This document shows positions 48,215 to 61,277 of a stretch of 64,000 bases of DNA, one piece after another; position 1 is the first letter of the stretch, and the number at the start of each line of letters is the position of its first letter. Origin of the DNA: Pristiophorus japonicus (lineage: Eukaryota); assembly GCF_044704955.1 (NCBI RefSeq), contig NC_091984.1, forward strand, positions 195,300,001 to 195,364,000, read 5' to 3'. The notes below the pieces were generated by a model, which saw only the letters and a list, made by a program, of their open reading frames with translations, ran no database searches and was not told the origin of the DNA. A program made the translations under genes and the position numbers.

Positions 48215-49048
48215 GGGTGGGTTTGTGGGGCTGGAGGAGATTACAGAGATAGGGAGGGATGAGACCATGGAGAGATTTGAAAACAAGAATGAGAATTTTG
48301 AAATCGAGGCATTGCTTAACCGGGAGCCAATATAGGTCAGCAAACACAGGGGTGAATGGGACTTGGTGAGAGTTAGGACATGGGCAGCCGAGTTTTGGTC
48401 ATCTTAAGTTTATGTAGAATGTGGGAGGCCAGCCAGGAGTGCGTTGGAATAGTCAAGTCTAGAGGTAACAAAGGCATAGATGAGAGCAGCAGATGAGCTG
48501 AGGCAAGGGTGGAGACGGGCGATGTTACAGAGGTGGTAATAGATGGTCTTAGTTATGCCATGGATATGTGGTCAGATGCTCATTTCAGGATCAAATATGA
48601 CATCAAGGTTGTGAACAGGCTGGTTCAGCCTCACGCGGATGTAAGGGAGAAGGATGGAGTCAGTGGCTAGAGAATGAAGTTTGTGGTAGCTTTGGTCATC
48701 CCAATATTTAATTGGAAAAAATTTTTGCTCATCCAGACTGGATGTTGTACAAGCTGTCTGACAATTTAAAGACCGTGGAGGGGTTGAGAGAAGTGGTAGT
48801 GAGGTAGAGCTGAGTGTCATCAGCATACATGTGGAAACTGATGCTGCGTTTTCAGATGATGTCACCAAGGGGCAGCATGTAGATGAGAAATAGGAGGGAG
48901 CCAAGGATAGAGCCTTCGAAGACACCAAAAGTAAAGGTGTGGGAGCAGGAAGAGAAGCTGTTGCAGATGATTCTCTGGCTACGCTTAGATAGATAAGAAT
49001 GGAACCAGGCGACTGCAGTCCCACCCAGCTGGATGATAGTGGAAAGGT
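48215..49048 (-). mobile_element. L2 LINE RT fragment
   Basis: GTAVAWFHSYLSKRSQ, GSILGSLLFLIYMLPLG, HMYADDTQLY, LYWLPVKQCLDFKIL. Confidence 0.9.
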
Positions 49049-49064
49049 GATGGTGAGTGATGGA

Positions 49065-50075
49065 GTGGTCAACCATCTCTTCACAGAGAGCCCAGGCAGA
49101 AAGAGACTGTCTAGGTTGCCTGCTCCCTTCCTCTTCCTCCTCTTCCTTCTCCTCATGATCCTGCTCCTCAGCTGCTGTGCCCTCATGCTGGTAAGGTTGT
49201 GCAGTATGCAACAGACCACCATGAATCTTGACACCCCTCTGCCAAGTATTGCAGGGCTCCTCCAGAGCAGTCCAGGCAGTGGAACCATTGTTTCAGCAGG
49301 CCAATAGTCTGCTCGATCACATTTTGTGTGGCAACATGGCTTTCATTGTATGCATGCTGTGCACGTGGGCTGCGCACCGGAGTCATCAGCCATGTTATCA
49401 GCGGATCATCCTTGTCGCCCCATAGCCACCCTTTGGTTTGTCGTGGTGGCTGAAATGCATGCTGGCACAGCAGATTGCCACAGAATGAAGGCTTCGTGAC
49501 TGCTGCAAGGATACCGGGCATTGACCTGCATGATGCGCTGCCAATGGTCACACACCAGCTCACACATTGGGCAAGATTTTAACATGGAGAATGGTACGGT
49601 GGAGGTGGGGGGTGGGGGAGGGGGGGCACCTGATGGCAGTCGTGGATCCAGCACTCCTCGCCTTCCTTAAGCTGTCGGGAGTGATCTGGCCACCCAATCC
49701 CTGACCCGCCTCTGTTAAAAATGGACGTGGGCGTGTTGGAGGCAGTTTGGGGTCGGGATTCGGATTTCTACCACTTTAACCATCTACCGGCCCAAACCTG
49801 CCCATTTTTTAAAGAGTTAAAATTCCCCCCTATTGTTCCTCGCTGAGGTTCAGGTAGGGGAATTTCTCCCAGAATACCCTGGGCTGATATGGCCTCTTGC
49901 TGAGAACCCTTCTCCCCCTCCTCCTGCTCCCTCCTCCTGCAGCTTATGCTGCTCTGTGTGGCATCTGTTCATTCTCCATGTCACGTTGTATTCCAAGGGG
50001 AATGCCTACTAGTACACCCAAGTCTGGCAGCAAGCGATTTAGGTCGAAGCCTTGAAGTTTTTCAGCACCTGCCAT
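49065..50075 (-). pseudogene. Harbinger transposase remnants (N-terminus 49835-50075; C-terminus 49065-49563; middle replaced by a MITE end at ~49570-49830)
   Basis: KRPYQPRVFWEKFPYLNLSEEQ; VNARYPCSSHEAFIL; GWLWGDK..WLMTP..YNESH..IEQTIGLLKQWFHCLD; CCILHNL. Confidence 0.85.
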
Positions 50076-50153
50076 AGCACTTCCTGTGGATTTTTGCAAC
50101 TTGAACCAACTATAGAAATCACTTGTACAATCATAGCACCTTTTATAAAACAC

Positions 50154-50717
50154 TGGTCCGACCTCAACTGGAGTATTGTGTTCAATTCTGAGCACCGCAC
50201 TTTAGGAAGGATGTGAAGACCTTAGAGAGGGTGCAGAAAAGATTTAGAGGAATGGTTCCAGGCATGAGGGACTTCAGTTAGGTGGATAGACTGGAAAAGC
50301 TGGGTTTGTTCTCCTTAGAGCAGAGAAGGTTGAGAGGAGATTTGACAGATGTGTTCAAAATCATGAAGCATCCAGACAGAGTAGATAGAGAGAAACTGTT
50401 CCCTTTGAAGGAAGGGTTGAGAACCAGAAGACACAGATTTAAGGTGATTAGCAGAAGAACCAAAGGAGACATGAGGAAAAACTTTTTTACGCAGCGAGTG
50501 GTTAGAATCTGGAATGCACTGCCTGAGAGGGTGGCGGAGGCAGATTCAATCATGGCTTTAAAATGGAATTGGATAAGTACTGAAGGAAAATAAAATGCAG
50601 GGCTGTAGGGAAGGGGCAGGAGAGTGGGATTAGCTGAAGTGCTCTTGCAGAGAACTGGTATGGGCTCGATGGGCCAAATGGCCTCCTTCTGTGCTGTAAC
50701 CTTTCTATGAGTCTATG
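50154..50717 (+). mobile_element. CR1 LINE 3' fragment
   Basis: VRPQLEYCVQF...RLEKLGLFSLEQRRLRGDL...FFTQRVVRIWNALP; TTCTATGAGTCTATG tail. Confidence 0.95.
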
Positions 50718-51932
50718 AACAGCCAAAAGAAATCAACCAGCAATTAACCTGTACGTAGTTGATAATCGCTTTAAATTGCACTGGAGGGGGGTCCTATCTG
50801 CTGCTGAATGTGTGTTCAGCTGTGCGAGCTTACAAGAGGGCACTGGCTGGAACATTAAGCTCCAAAATGGCACAGCTGGTGTTAAATCAGCATGCAACAT
50901 CATGATCTGGCGGCATACTTCCAGAGGACATTAGCTGCGCGTGTGCTATCCCTCTCACCAACATGGCGTCCAGCGAGATTCGCCCCACAAGTGTGCGCAC
51001 ACACATTGGCACCATTTTGATACCCAAACATCACCCTTAGCGCTCAAACAACAGGCACTAATGATCCCAATTTCGCACCTTGTGTCTGTAATGTGCATTG
51101 ATCTTGGCAGCGCAAAGAAATAGGCTATGCAAGAATCAGAACCATCAGAATAGTTATTTAGAGTAATATGGAGAGTGTGCAACCTCTTCAGTAATTCACA
51201 CAGAGTAAGTGACCTGTCATTATATAATTATGCAAGTTAATCGTGCTTCCAAACTTGTGAAAATTAACTTTTCTTAGCATAGTTGCCAGGCTCTCAAAAA
51301 TAGAATGATAGGGTCTGTTATATATGAGCTGACAGCAAAGGAACACTTAATTGAAATTTTATATACAGATTTATTATATCAAGTCTTTCATTCCATGAGA
51401 TCTGAAGACAAAATGATCCTTCCTATCATCTGTTTTAATGTACAAATGATGTTTAGCTATCACACTGGTATTTAAATAATCCAAGACATAAAACCACCTC
51501 ACTGTACATTATTGGCAGAAACTATCTGCCTGAATGAATACAATACTGTGAACTGAAATGAATTAACATCACAGATATCAAACTAAAATCTTAAAAATAA
51601 ATTCAGATTGAAACCACAGGAATAATGCAAGATTATTCTCAGATATGAATATTTATCATTAATTTAAAAATTCTTAAACTGAAGATTGTTGCTTTATCAA
51701 TCTTCTTATATTCTATTAACTATAATAAACTGGATTTGCAAAACTTCATGTCTGATACATATTGTTCAAACTCCTAATAAGCTAAAATAACTATAGAAAG
51801 ACAATTGAATCTGATGCTAAAAAAATTGATCAGTTCCTGCCTTGCAAATAATTCTTGGTAATGGAGTCATAAATTATCTTTGTTGAATGATTTTCTGATT
51901 ATTAATTATTTTGCACCTCTAAATTATTAAAC

Positions 51933-52180
51933 TGTCATGTATCTTACATTATTATATATAACTGTATCCTAACATGCTATACATGACTGTAATAAGATAT
52001 GACCTGTAACCACCAGCATACCTTACCACCAGGGGTGCACTTGCAAGAGACAGGTATATAAGGACAGGTCTCAGGCAAGTGCAGCATTCCAGAGCTGTGA
52101 AATAAAGGTGCAGGTCCAGAGTGACCTTGACTTCACTACATGCCTCGTGTGAATCTGTACTGAGGGGACAGGACTTTACA
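51933..52180 (+). mobile_element. Solo LTR (Gypsy-type)
   Basis: TG...CA ends; exact TSD TAAAC/TAAAC; TATATAA and AATAAA; starts TGTCATGTATCTTACAT like the LTR at 61278. Confidence 0.9.
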
Positions 52181-52413
52181 TAAACAATGGTTCCTGCAAA
52201 GCAAGTGTATCTTATTGTTGTCTTTTAATTGTAGTTTCACTATTGCACTTGCATAATGATGTCTAGAACTGATGGTGTGTTTACCACAAAGCTGTATTAT
52301 GAATTTCAGTAATATCAAGAATCTCGTGATTCAACTTCTCAGTTTTAGAGTGCTTTTGTCTTCTCCGTTACACTAAACTCACCACCAAAGAAAACAAACC
52401 TGCAAAATGTCTG

Positions 52414-53983
52414 AGGGGGTGAAATTCAATAAGGCCGGAGAACGGGCGGGAGCAATGCAGGGCGCGATTTGCTTGCGCCCATTTAGAAAGCATAGGCAGC
52501 ACATTAATTTGGTTGAATAATTTTAGTGCATAGCCCGTCGACGGATGCGCTGCTTCAGGCTGTGCGCTCAGCAGGAGGCCCAATGTCACATCGCTGTAGC
52601 GATGCTGCATTTTCTTAAAGCAAGGCTGTCATTTTTTAAATAAATCTCGACCCCTTAAAGGTGAACTCACTTCTGAAAAAACAATTAAAAATCATTCAAA
52701 AATAGGTCTTAAAGCTTAACTGCTTTCTGGGGGAAAAAAACATTAAAAATCTTTCCAAACTAGGTAGGGTTCAGTTCTTAAAGCTGAACCACCTTCTGCA
52801 CATAAAGAATGGTAAACTTGTTCTCCAGAAAGAAGAATGTGGGGCCAGATCACCGAGGCCATCACTGCCAGCACCTGGCTCCAGTGACCAAAGAAGCTTC
52901 ATGACCTCAGACGAGTGGTCAAGGTCAGTGAATGCATCAACAAAAGCTGTCTCCTATCTACTGCACCACTAGCCTCACAAAGTACTCAATGTACACACCC
53001 GCCACCGCACCCCACCCCACCCCGCATCACTCACCTACCAACAATCTTTACACACCTCGCATTCCGAGTTTCACGTCACCCCCTTGAAGGAGATGGTGCC
53101 AGTCATTCTTGGCTCCTCAAGGTCATCCTGAAGGCCATCTGCAGTGTCCCATGATGGAAAGTTTGCTTTGTGGTGACTTTTATTTCAGCATTGTGGCCAA
53201 AAGGACAATGTGATGGTCAGTAACAAAGGGAAGGGGAGATTTGAGACAAATGTTGAAAGGGGGAATTGGGGCTGGTACCACAGGCGGATGATTCGATCCT
53301 GGATATCCTAGCCAAAAAGGGGCTGCCTATGTTGCCTCTTTCCATCCATTTCCTCCTCTTCTGCTGCCTCCTCTCCCGCTTCTTCCTTTTCTGCTTCTTT
53401 CTCTTCCCTCTGCGAGCTGCTTGACCCTTTGCTGCCTCTGCTTCATCTGCATGTAATGTTGCCACCCAAGAGGGACTGCAACTAGAGCCCCCAGGACTGT
53501 GAGATAGTGGTATTCTCAGAGGCCTTCCTTTAATATCCAAAGCCTTGCAAGCAGCACATCCTGCATATTTTAAGAACTTTTTTAATGTATTGCACCAAGA
53601 CTTTACTCCAAAATAAAATTTAAAAAAAAACAATTCAAAAGCTGAAATCGAAACATCTGAAAAATGGGTGCCCCTTTAAGAAGCGCTGACAGCATCTCTG
53701 TAGAACTGCTGCATGCTCGCTCTTCCTTGCGTGGTTATCAGAAGAAAGTACGGAGAGCGGCGACATCCAAAATCACAGTGTGCAATTCAGGGTTACATAC
53801 CGATTGACATCACGATCTGCATATTTACATGGGAGATGTGAGCACAACCAAAGGCAGCACTACTGACCTCTCCAAAATGGCGGCCGCTGTGTATCATGCT
53901 GGAAGCGAGTGGAAAAGAGGCGGCCACCATTTTTTCAACAAAACTCACCTTAACGGCCGGCGCTATAACCTCAAATTTTGTGG
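52414..53983 (+). mobile_element. Internally deleted Harbinger
   Basis: Left TIR GGGGGTGAAATTC; Myb exon 1 remnant MWGQITEAITAS..TWLQ*PKKLHDLRRVVK|GTCAGT at ~52840-52930; transposase-type acidic tail on - at ~53270-53440; right end uncertain. Confidence 0.65.
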
Positions 53984-54066
53984 CATGAGTCTAAAGCGTC
54001 CCACTCTGATATCTATTATTTTAGCAACATATTGGGCTAAAAATTGCGGCCTCTCCAGGTGTGTAC

Positions 54067-57000
54067 TGTCATATCTTCAGAGAGCACACAACACACAACC
54101 TGTAAGATGGCTGCAGGTTCCGAAATCTTCTGACCTACTGGTCAGGTGACCTGCTCTTTATTAAACAGCACTAGCTGCAGTAACACAGGCGTCCACAGTG
54201 TGGCGCTACAGACAGCCATTACACTTCTCCCTCCTTAATAAAGTAGTTATTGTAACAAACAATAATCATACATCACTTGCATGGTTATACATAACAAAGG
54301 ATTTGGACTTATTTTGCCATATTTACAAATCAAGCTTAGCCACTTGTTTTCTGTTTTGAAGGGAATACCTTCGCTCTCGAACAGAACCTTCCAATCATGG
54401 TGTCGAATTTAAACTCATTCGAGGCTGATCCTAAGGGAAGTGTTCCTCCAAGGGATGCCCTTGATTTCCATTTGAATTCTCTCTAACTTCAGACTGTTTG
54501 TTTTCCTGACTCGGATTCAGACTTAAATTCTGACTTTCTCTTGGATTTGTTTCCAATACATTGGATGTAGGATATGTTACTGGTGTATCAAAACTATCTG
54601 CTGAGTCAGAAATAATTGAATCACTCCCACTCTCAACTACTTCTATGTCTGTGGGTAACACATGATCAATGTGAACAAACCTAACCTGTCCATTATCAAA
54701 CATCTTGACCAAATATGTACGAGGACCACATATCTTCACCACTCTTCCTGGTAACCACTTTACCCATTTATGATGATGGTTCTTCACTCTCACCTTCTGA
54801 TTTAATTTCACACTTCTCTTTTTTACTCTACCTCTATCATGATTCTCTTTCTGCTTAATTGTGTCTGTTCTATGGACTGTGCCAAGTTTGGTTTTAACAA
54901 CGAGAATCTGGTTCGTGGCTGTTGTTTGAGAAACAACTCTGCTGGTGTTCTACCAGTAGTTGTCTGAGGAGTATTACAATACGTTATTAGAAAATTAGCC
55001 AATTTGTGGTCCAATGACAACTGTCGTTTCTTTGGATTTGGATCCAACATTTGTTTGATGAGGACCATTTTACAATTTGTACAGTGCGCTCTGCTGCACC
55101 ATTCGAAGCAGAGTGGTACGGTGGAACCTTGGTATGTTTCACACCATTTTTGCTCGTGAACTGTGCAAATTCTTCTGAATGAAATTGTGGTCCATTATCC
55201 AAAACAATTTCTTCTGGGAGGCCAAATGAAGAAAATAATCCTTGCAAAATGTCGAATGTTTTACTTGTTGCTATTTTCCATATTGGAAACATCTCGACCC
55301 ACTTCGAATGGCTATCAATCACAATGAACAATTGTTGTCCTTCTAGCTCAGCAAAATCAATATGTTGCCTTTGCCACACCCTGGGAGGCCATTTCCATGG
55401 CTGTAATGGTACTGATGGTGGTTGCTTGCTTACCGATTGACATGTTGTACACGGACTGACGATGTACTCTATATCTTTATCAAGACCTGGCCACCATAAA
55501 TAACTGCATGCAAAACCCTTGGTCAAGCACATTCCCAGGTGCTGGTCATGGAGGTCTCCCAATAATTTGGACCTGAATTTATTTGGTATAATCACTCTTG
55601 CACCCAACATGATATAATCTTTATCGACTGATAATTCATTCCTACAAGTGAAGAATGGATGAATATCTTTGTCTGTTACCTGGTTTGGCCATCCGTTTGC
55701 AATATAATCATGCACCTTTGACATAACTGGATCACGTTTGGTTGCTCTACCAATCTCTTCAACTGTGGCTGGCAGTTCATCAATGTATGAAAAATAGAAC
55801 ACCTCTTCCCTATTGGGTGTAACTTGTGATGGGGAAGGCAATCCAGACATAGCATCAGCATTACTGTGATCAGCTGATCGTCTGTATTCAATATCATATA
55901 TATATGCTGACAAAATCAAAGCCCATCTCTGCATTCGGGCTGCAGCTAATGTTGGAACTGGGGACTTTGGATGGAGGATTGCTGTCAGGGGCTTATGGTC
56001 CGTAATGAGCGTAAACTTATGACCATATAAGTATTTGTGGAACTTCTTGACCCCAAAAGTTAATGCCAAAGCTTCCCTTTCGATTTGCTCATAATTACTC
56101 TCACTGGCACTGAGAGTGCATGAAGCAAAAGCAATTGGTCTCTCCTCCCCACTATGCAGTACATGAGAGATTATTGCCCCAACTCCATATGGAGAGGCAT
56201 CACATGCTAGCTTTATCTCATGAAATACATCATAGTGAACTAACATGGTGCTACCAAATTGCTTATACACTCCTTGAATGCTGTTTCGCATTCTTTTGAC
56301 CACTTCCAATGGACCTGTTGTTTCAATAGTTCATTCAGTGGATGTAATACCGTAGCCAAATTTGGTAGTGACTTCCCATAATAGTTCAAAAGACCCAAGA
56401 ATGAACGAAGTTCAGTGACATTCTTGGGAGTGGGTGCATTTCTGATTGCATTCAGTTTTTCCTTGGTTGCCTGTAAACCATCTTTGTCTAATCTGTACCC
56501 TAAGTGCTCCACTGAGTTTTGAAATAACTCACATTTGCGAGCAGACACTCGTACTCTGTGCTTCTCTAGCCGTTTGAGGACTTCATTCAATATGTTATTA
56601 TGAAGTTGCCTATTTGGTGCTGAAATTAGTATGTCATCTAAGTAACATACTACCCTTTCAATACCTTGCAAAATCTGGTTCATTACCCCTTGGAATATGG
56701 CAGAGACGGAAGACACTCCAAATGGTAGCCTATTAAATTGATATAGGCCTAGATGGGTATTTATAGTCAACCATGACTTGGACTCCTCATCTAGTTCAAA
56801 CTGTAAGTAGGCATTCGTAAGATCCAACTTTGAGAAAATCTGACCACCTGTCAGTGTTGTGAACAAATCTTCTATATTTGGCAATGTATTGGGGGCATTA
56901 CTCTCTAGAATCTGGTTTACGGTTACTTTATAATCACCACACAATCTTACCTTACCATCGAACTTAAGTACAACAACAATGGCTGTAGCCAAATTACATC

Positions 57001-58759
57001 GATCTATCTTAGAAACAATGTTCTCAGTCTCTAGTCTTTTGAGTTCGTGCTCAACTTTCTCCTTGAGTGCATATGTTACGGGACATGGCTTGTAGTAAAC
57101 CGACCTAGCTTCTTTCTGTACCCTGACACTCACCTTGAAGTCTTGGATTGGACTGCCCGTTTTGCAGAACACCTTCGGATAATTCTTGATGACATCATCC
57201 TTTGACGCAAATCTCGTTTCAACATGACAAATCTCACTCCAATCCATCTTCAGTGATCCCAACCAATTTCTTCTGACTAAGGCAGGCTTGTCTTCTGCCA
57301 CTACTATTAGAGGCAAGTTCTGAACTTGATCCTTGTATTTCACGGTGTGGTGATACGACCTACCCCCAGAATGTTCTCTCCCGAGTAGCCTCGCAGCTCT
57401 ATCTTGGCTTTCTCCAATGGGAAATCCCACAATTTGTCAAGGTATAGCGATTCCGGTACTATACTCACGGATGCACCAGTGTCGATTTCCATGGGTATCT
57501 TGAATCGTGCAACATCTATGTGGATTATGATACTTTTCGAATCGGCGTCCATTAACCTCATGCTCCTGATGACATTTAACTCTAACATCTCCTCGTCCTG
57601 TTGCTGTTCTTCCATGCTATGTAGTCTCTGGGGATTTCTACTCATAGCTTTGAAAGCTGGTTTACCCTTCAGTCGGCATGCCTTCACAAAATGCCCAGTT
57701 TTTCTGCAGACGAAACACTCTGCCTTCACATATGGACAACTTTGAGCAATGTGTTGTCCCAGGCACCGATAGCAGGACGTCAATGCTCTGTTCCCATTTC
57801 CAGTTTCTGAGACTTTGAGGCACCACCGCCTTTTACTTTGAACCTGCAGGCAATTCACCTCGGTCATCTGATGACTGAAATTCTTGGGAATATTGATCGG
57901 CCATGCTCATCGACCTAGCTGTCTGACAAGCTAAATCAAAAGTCAAGTTAGGTGTCGCCAATAACTTTCTTCTGATCGCATCGATTTCCATCCCACAAAC
58001 AAAGCGGTCTTGCAATGCTCGGTTCTAAAATCTCCGAAATTACAGTGAATAGATAGCTTTTTTAATGCTACAATGTACTCACTGATATTTTCTTCGGCCT
58101 TCTGATTTCATATTCCGAAATGATAACTTTCAGCAATTTCTAACAGAATGGGGCTGTAATGTTGTTCTAACTTAGTTAGAATCTGTTTCAGCATTGTATC
58201 CTTTGGCTTGTCAGGCACAAGCAAATTTATCAGCTTTTCAGACAACTCGGGCCCGGCCTCAGTTAAGAATATAGCTCTTTTTCGTTCCAACACGCACCAG
58301 TTATTGTCTTCATTACCAGGGGTTTCAATGATATTATTTGCAGTGAAAAACATTTCTAGCCAATCCACATACGCTCTGAAACTTTTACGGTCGTGTTGAA
58401 ATGCCCCCAAATGCCCTATAACTCCCATAGGGGCAGCCATTTTGACTTTGGCAGTTTAACCAAGTATGGTCGTAATTTACCTCAGATTTGTAGCTGTTTC
58501 CAAAAACAGAGACGCTCTCAAAGTCTCTCTGTCAGCTGGCTGAATCCTTCACCAACAAAAATTTCAGTTTTGTATTATCCGATTACATCCCATTCTCGTC
58601 GTCAAATGTCATATCTTCGGACAGCATACAACACACAACCCGTAAGATGGTTGCAGGTTCTAGAATCTTCTGACCTGCTGGTCAGGTGACCTGCTCTTTA
58701 TTAAACAGCACTAGCTGCAGTAACACAGGTGTCTACAGTGTGGAGCTACAGACCTTACC
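54067..58759 (-). mobile_element. Gypsy (Mag-like) LTR retrotransposon, full length
   Basis: LTRs 54067-54223 and 58607-58759; TSD TGTAC/TGTAC; PBS region ATCCCATTCTCGTCGTCA; PPT rc CTTCTCCCTCCTT. Confidence 0.95.
54431..58440 (-). pseudogene. Gypsy gag-pol, frameshifted
   Basis: Gag MAAPMGVIGHL; CYRCLGQHIAQSC and CFVCRKTGHFVKAC knuckles; protease IDTGAS; RT YLDD; RNase H CDASPYGVG; integrase HHCC, HIDF, DNGPQF, SNGAAER. Confidence 0.92.
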
Positions 58760-60483
58760 TGTACAATGTGCGCACGCACTCGAAGAAGCCTCGCAAATGC
58801 CGGATCTCATCACGCAATGCACATGCAGTGAGAGCGGCTTTTGTGATCTGTCAAACAGACGCATGCATCCCCGGGAGAAGGCTATGCATGGCCAGAGATT
58901 TGGGCTATTTGCCCAACTCTTGCCCAGCGAGTGCCCTTCAAACTCTTACGCCTGGTAAAAGCAGGCATATAGACTACTTTTACATACGTAAGATTTTTGA
59001 AACGTAGAAAAATTAAATGTTACTGCTTATTTTTAAATTAAAAACCCTGTCTATGAAGGTAAGTTTTTTAATTCAAAAAAATTTCTCTAAAACATTTAAT
59101 TTATGCAATTTCTATTAATTTTAAAAAAGTGAAGTGTTTTTTTTAAACTAGCTCCCATTACTATGAATCAGAATACTACATTGTGATTGGTGGTCCAGGC
59201 CCACGTGATCCCAGGACATGCACACAATCCTGGAAATAATGTTCCTGTACGCTGGACTGTGAAACTGGGGCTCGGAGCGCAATCCTACATTCCTCCAAGT
59301 ATATTCGTTAAAAAAATTTTGGTTGGAGGCGTTCGTCCACAGAATGCCCCCGACTGCAATTTGCCCCCCAATATCTGTCACATCCAAGTATAGAAAGTCC
59401 AACATCAAGTTAAAATACTTTGGGTTAAGAATTTCTCTCATTGTTGAATCCTGACTTGTAAGTGCAATGTCGCCGCCCTCCGTACCTTCCTCTGCACTTA
59501 CAAGTGCAGAGATTTCCTCTTTTAAAACATCTGTGTGATTTAGGAACAGGGAACAGAGGAAGATCTCGTTTATGATGTCTACAGATAGTGACCAGAGGAA
59601 GTCTTAGCTCATTAGATGATTTTACTTAATTTGTTCAACATTTCACTTTAATACATAAAACATGAATTCTGCAAACACAATACAACACAATAGGAAACAG
59701 AAAAAATACAGAATTGATTTCACTCACAAGGGATTTGCAATTTTGGCTCTTGCGAATTATTGAGACTCACTCACTTGTAGAATTTATTTTGCAGAACAAT
59801 ATTGAGCATCCTCCCTAGATTACATATCACAAACTCGAACCTTCAGAGTAATATAGAAATGAGTGGCGATTTCTAATATTTGCAGTACTATCGTGACTAC
59901 CACATAGACATTACACTTTTCTCTGTTTTGAAAGTATCCTACTGCCTGGTTCTCTCATAATCACACTCCATTGATCACTAACATAGTGTTTATTTCGATG
60001 TCACCATAGCACAGAGTTAGAAGTATCAGGCCAGGCTCTGGTTTTAAAGAAAGTTGCAACTAGTCAGTCATGACAAATTATTATGTGCTGAATAAAGAGA
60101 AATGTTTAGGAACTATAGTGTGTTAAAACTAAAAGGTTCATTTAAACCATCAGCTACATTGAGATGCAATACTATTTTCATCGGCACAAAAGTTTGAAAA
60201 AGTTTGCTGGTGAGAGGACCGCACAGTATCTGTATATTCCTGCTCTCCTGTTGAAAGGCAGCAACCTATACATGGAAGGGGAATTCAATATTTTTTGATG
60301 GAAACATGATATATTACATTGCTTTATATATGGCTGCTACTTTTTTTCATTTTGACATTGTTCAGGCACAGGTGAACACCATGCAATTCACTATGCCATG
60401 CTTTGCAGTCTCTGAAATTCTTCTAAATCTAACAGTAACCAGAGGAAGTTTGATGTTGACTTCAGTTTCACATTGAAGGATTT

Positions 60484-60547
60484 ATGACCTCAGTGGTGAT
60501 TTTGAGCCTGGTTTTGCTTTCGCTTATTCTCTTCAGTGCAATGAATG
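60484..60547 (+). CDS. Candidate first coding exon of a host gene: signal peptide MTSVVILSLVLLSLILFSAMN(G); exon ~60436-60547
   Basis: Acceptor TTCTTCTAAATCTAACAG; upstream in-frame stops; ATG, hydrophobic core, small-residue C-region; phase-1 donor ATG|GTACGG; unique DNA. Confidence 0.5.
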
Positions 60548-60560
60548 GTACGGTTAATAT

Positions 60561-61277
60561 TTTTTTTTTATTAGTTCCTGTGGGCGTCGCTGGTAAGGCC
60601 AGCATTTATTGCCCATCCCTAATTGCCCTTGAGAAGTTGGTGGTGAGCCGCCGCCTTTAACCACTGCAATCCGTGTGGTGAAAGCACTCCCACAGTGCTG
60701 TTAGTGAGAGAGTTCTAGGATTTTCATCCAGCGACGATGAAAGAACAGTGATATATTTCCAAATAAGGATTATGTGTAACTTGAATGGGAATTTGCAGGT
60801 GGTGGTGTTCCCATGCCTCTGCTGCCTTTGTCCTTCTGGGTAGTAGAGGTTGTGGGTTTGGGAGCTGCTGTCGAAGAAGCCTTGGCGAGTTGCTGCAGTA
60901 CATCTTGTAGATGGTACACACTGCAGCCATGGTGCGCCGGTGGTGCAGTGAGTGAATGTTTAAGGTGGTGGATGGGTTACCAATCAAGCGGGCTGCTTTG
61001 TCCTGGTTGGTGTCGAGCTTCTTGAGTGTTGTTGGAGCTGCAGTCATCCAGGCAGTGGAGAGTATTCCATCACACTCCTGACTTGTGCCTTCTAGATGGT
61101 GGCAAGGCTTTGGGGAGTCTGGAGGTGAGACATTCACTGCAGAATACCCTGCTCTTATAGCCACAGTACTTATGTGACTGGTCCAGGTAAGTTTCTGTTC
61201 AGTGATGATCCCCAAGATGTTCATGATGGTGGATTCAGCGATGGTAATGCTGTTTATTGTCAAGAGTCGGTGGTTAT
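60561..61277 (-). mobile_element. CR1/L2-group LINE 3' end with poly(A)-like tail, cut by a Gypsy insertion
   Basis: ILGIITEQKLTWTSHI, LDTNQDKAARLIG, IHSLHHRRTMAAVCTIYKM; T-run at 60560-60569. Confidence 0.85.

Larger units (their letters stand above)
43865..51079. mobile_element. Second decayed two-gene Harbinger, heavily nested
   Basis: TIRs GGGGTTAAATTG / rc GGTGCGAAATTG; flanks CTG/TTG; Myb gene on +, transposase pieces on -. Confidence 0.75.
54034..59369 (-). mobile_element. Harbinger-type MITE split by a Gypsy (pieces 54034-54066 and 58760-59369)
   Basis: TIRs GGGCTAAAAATTGC / rc GGGGGGCAAATTGC; homologous to 23950-24717. Confidence 0.75.

Noticed and set aside
48572-49288. 238-aa ORF
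   Set aside because: Artefact spanning the Harbinger transposase tail and an L2 fragment in mixed frames
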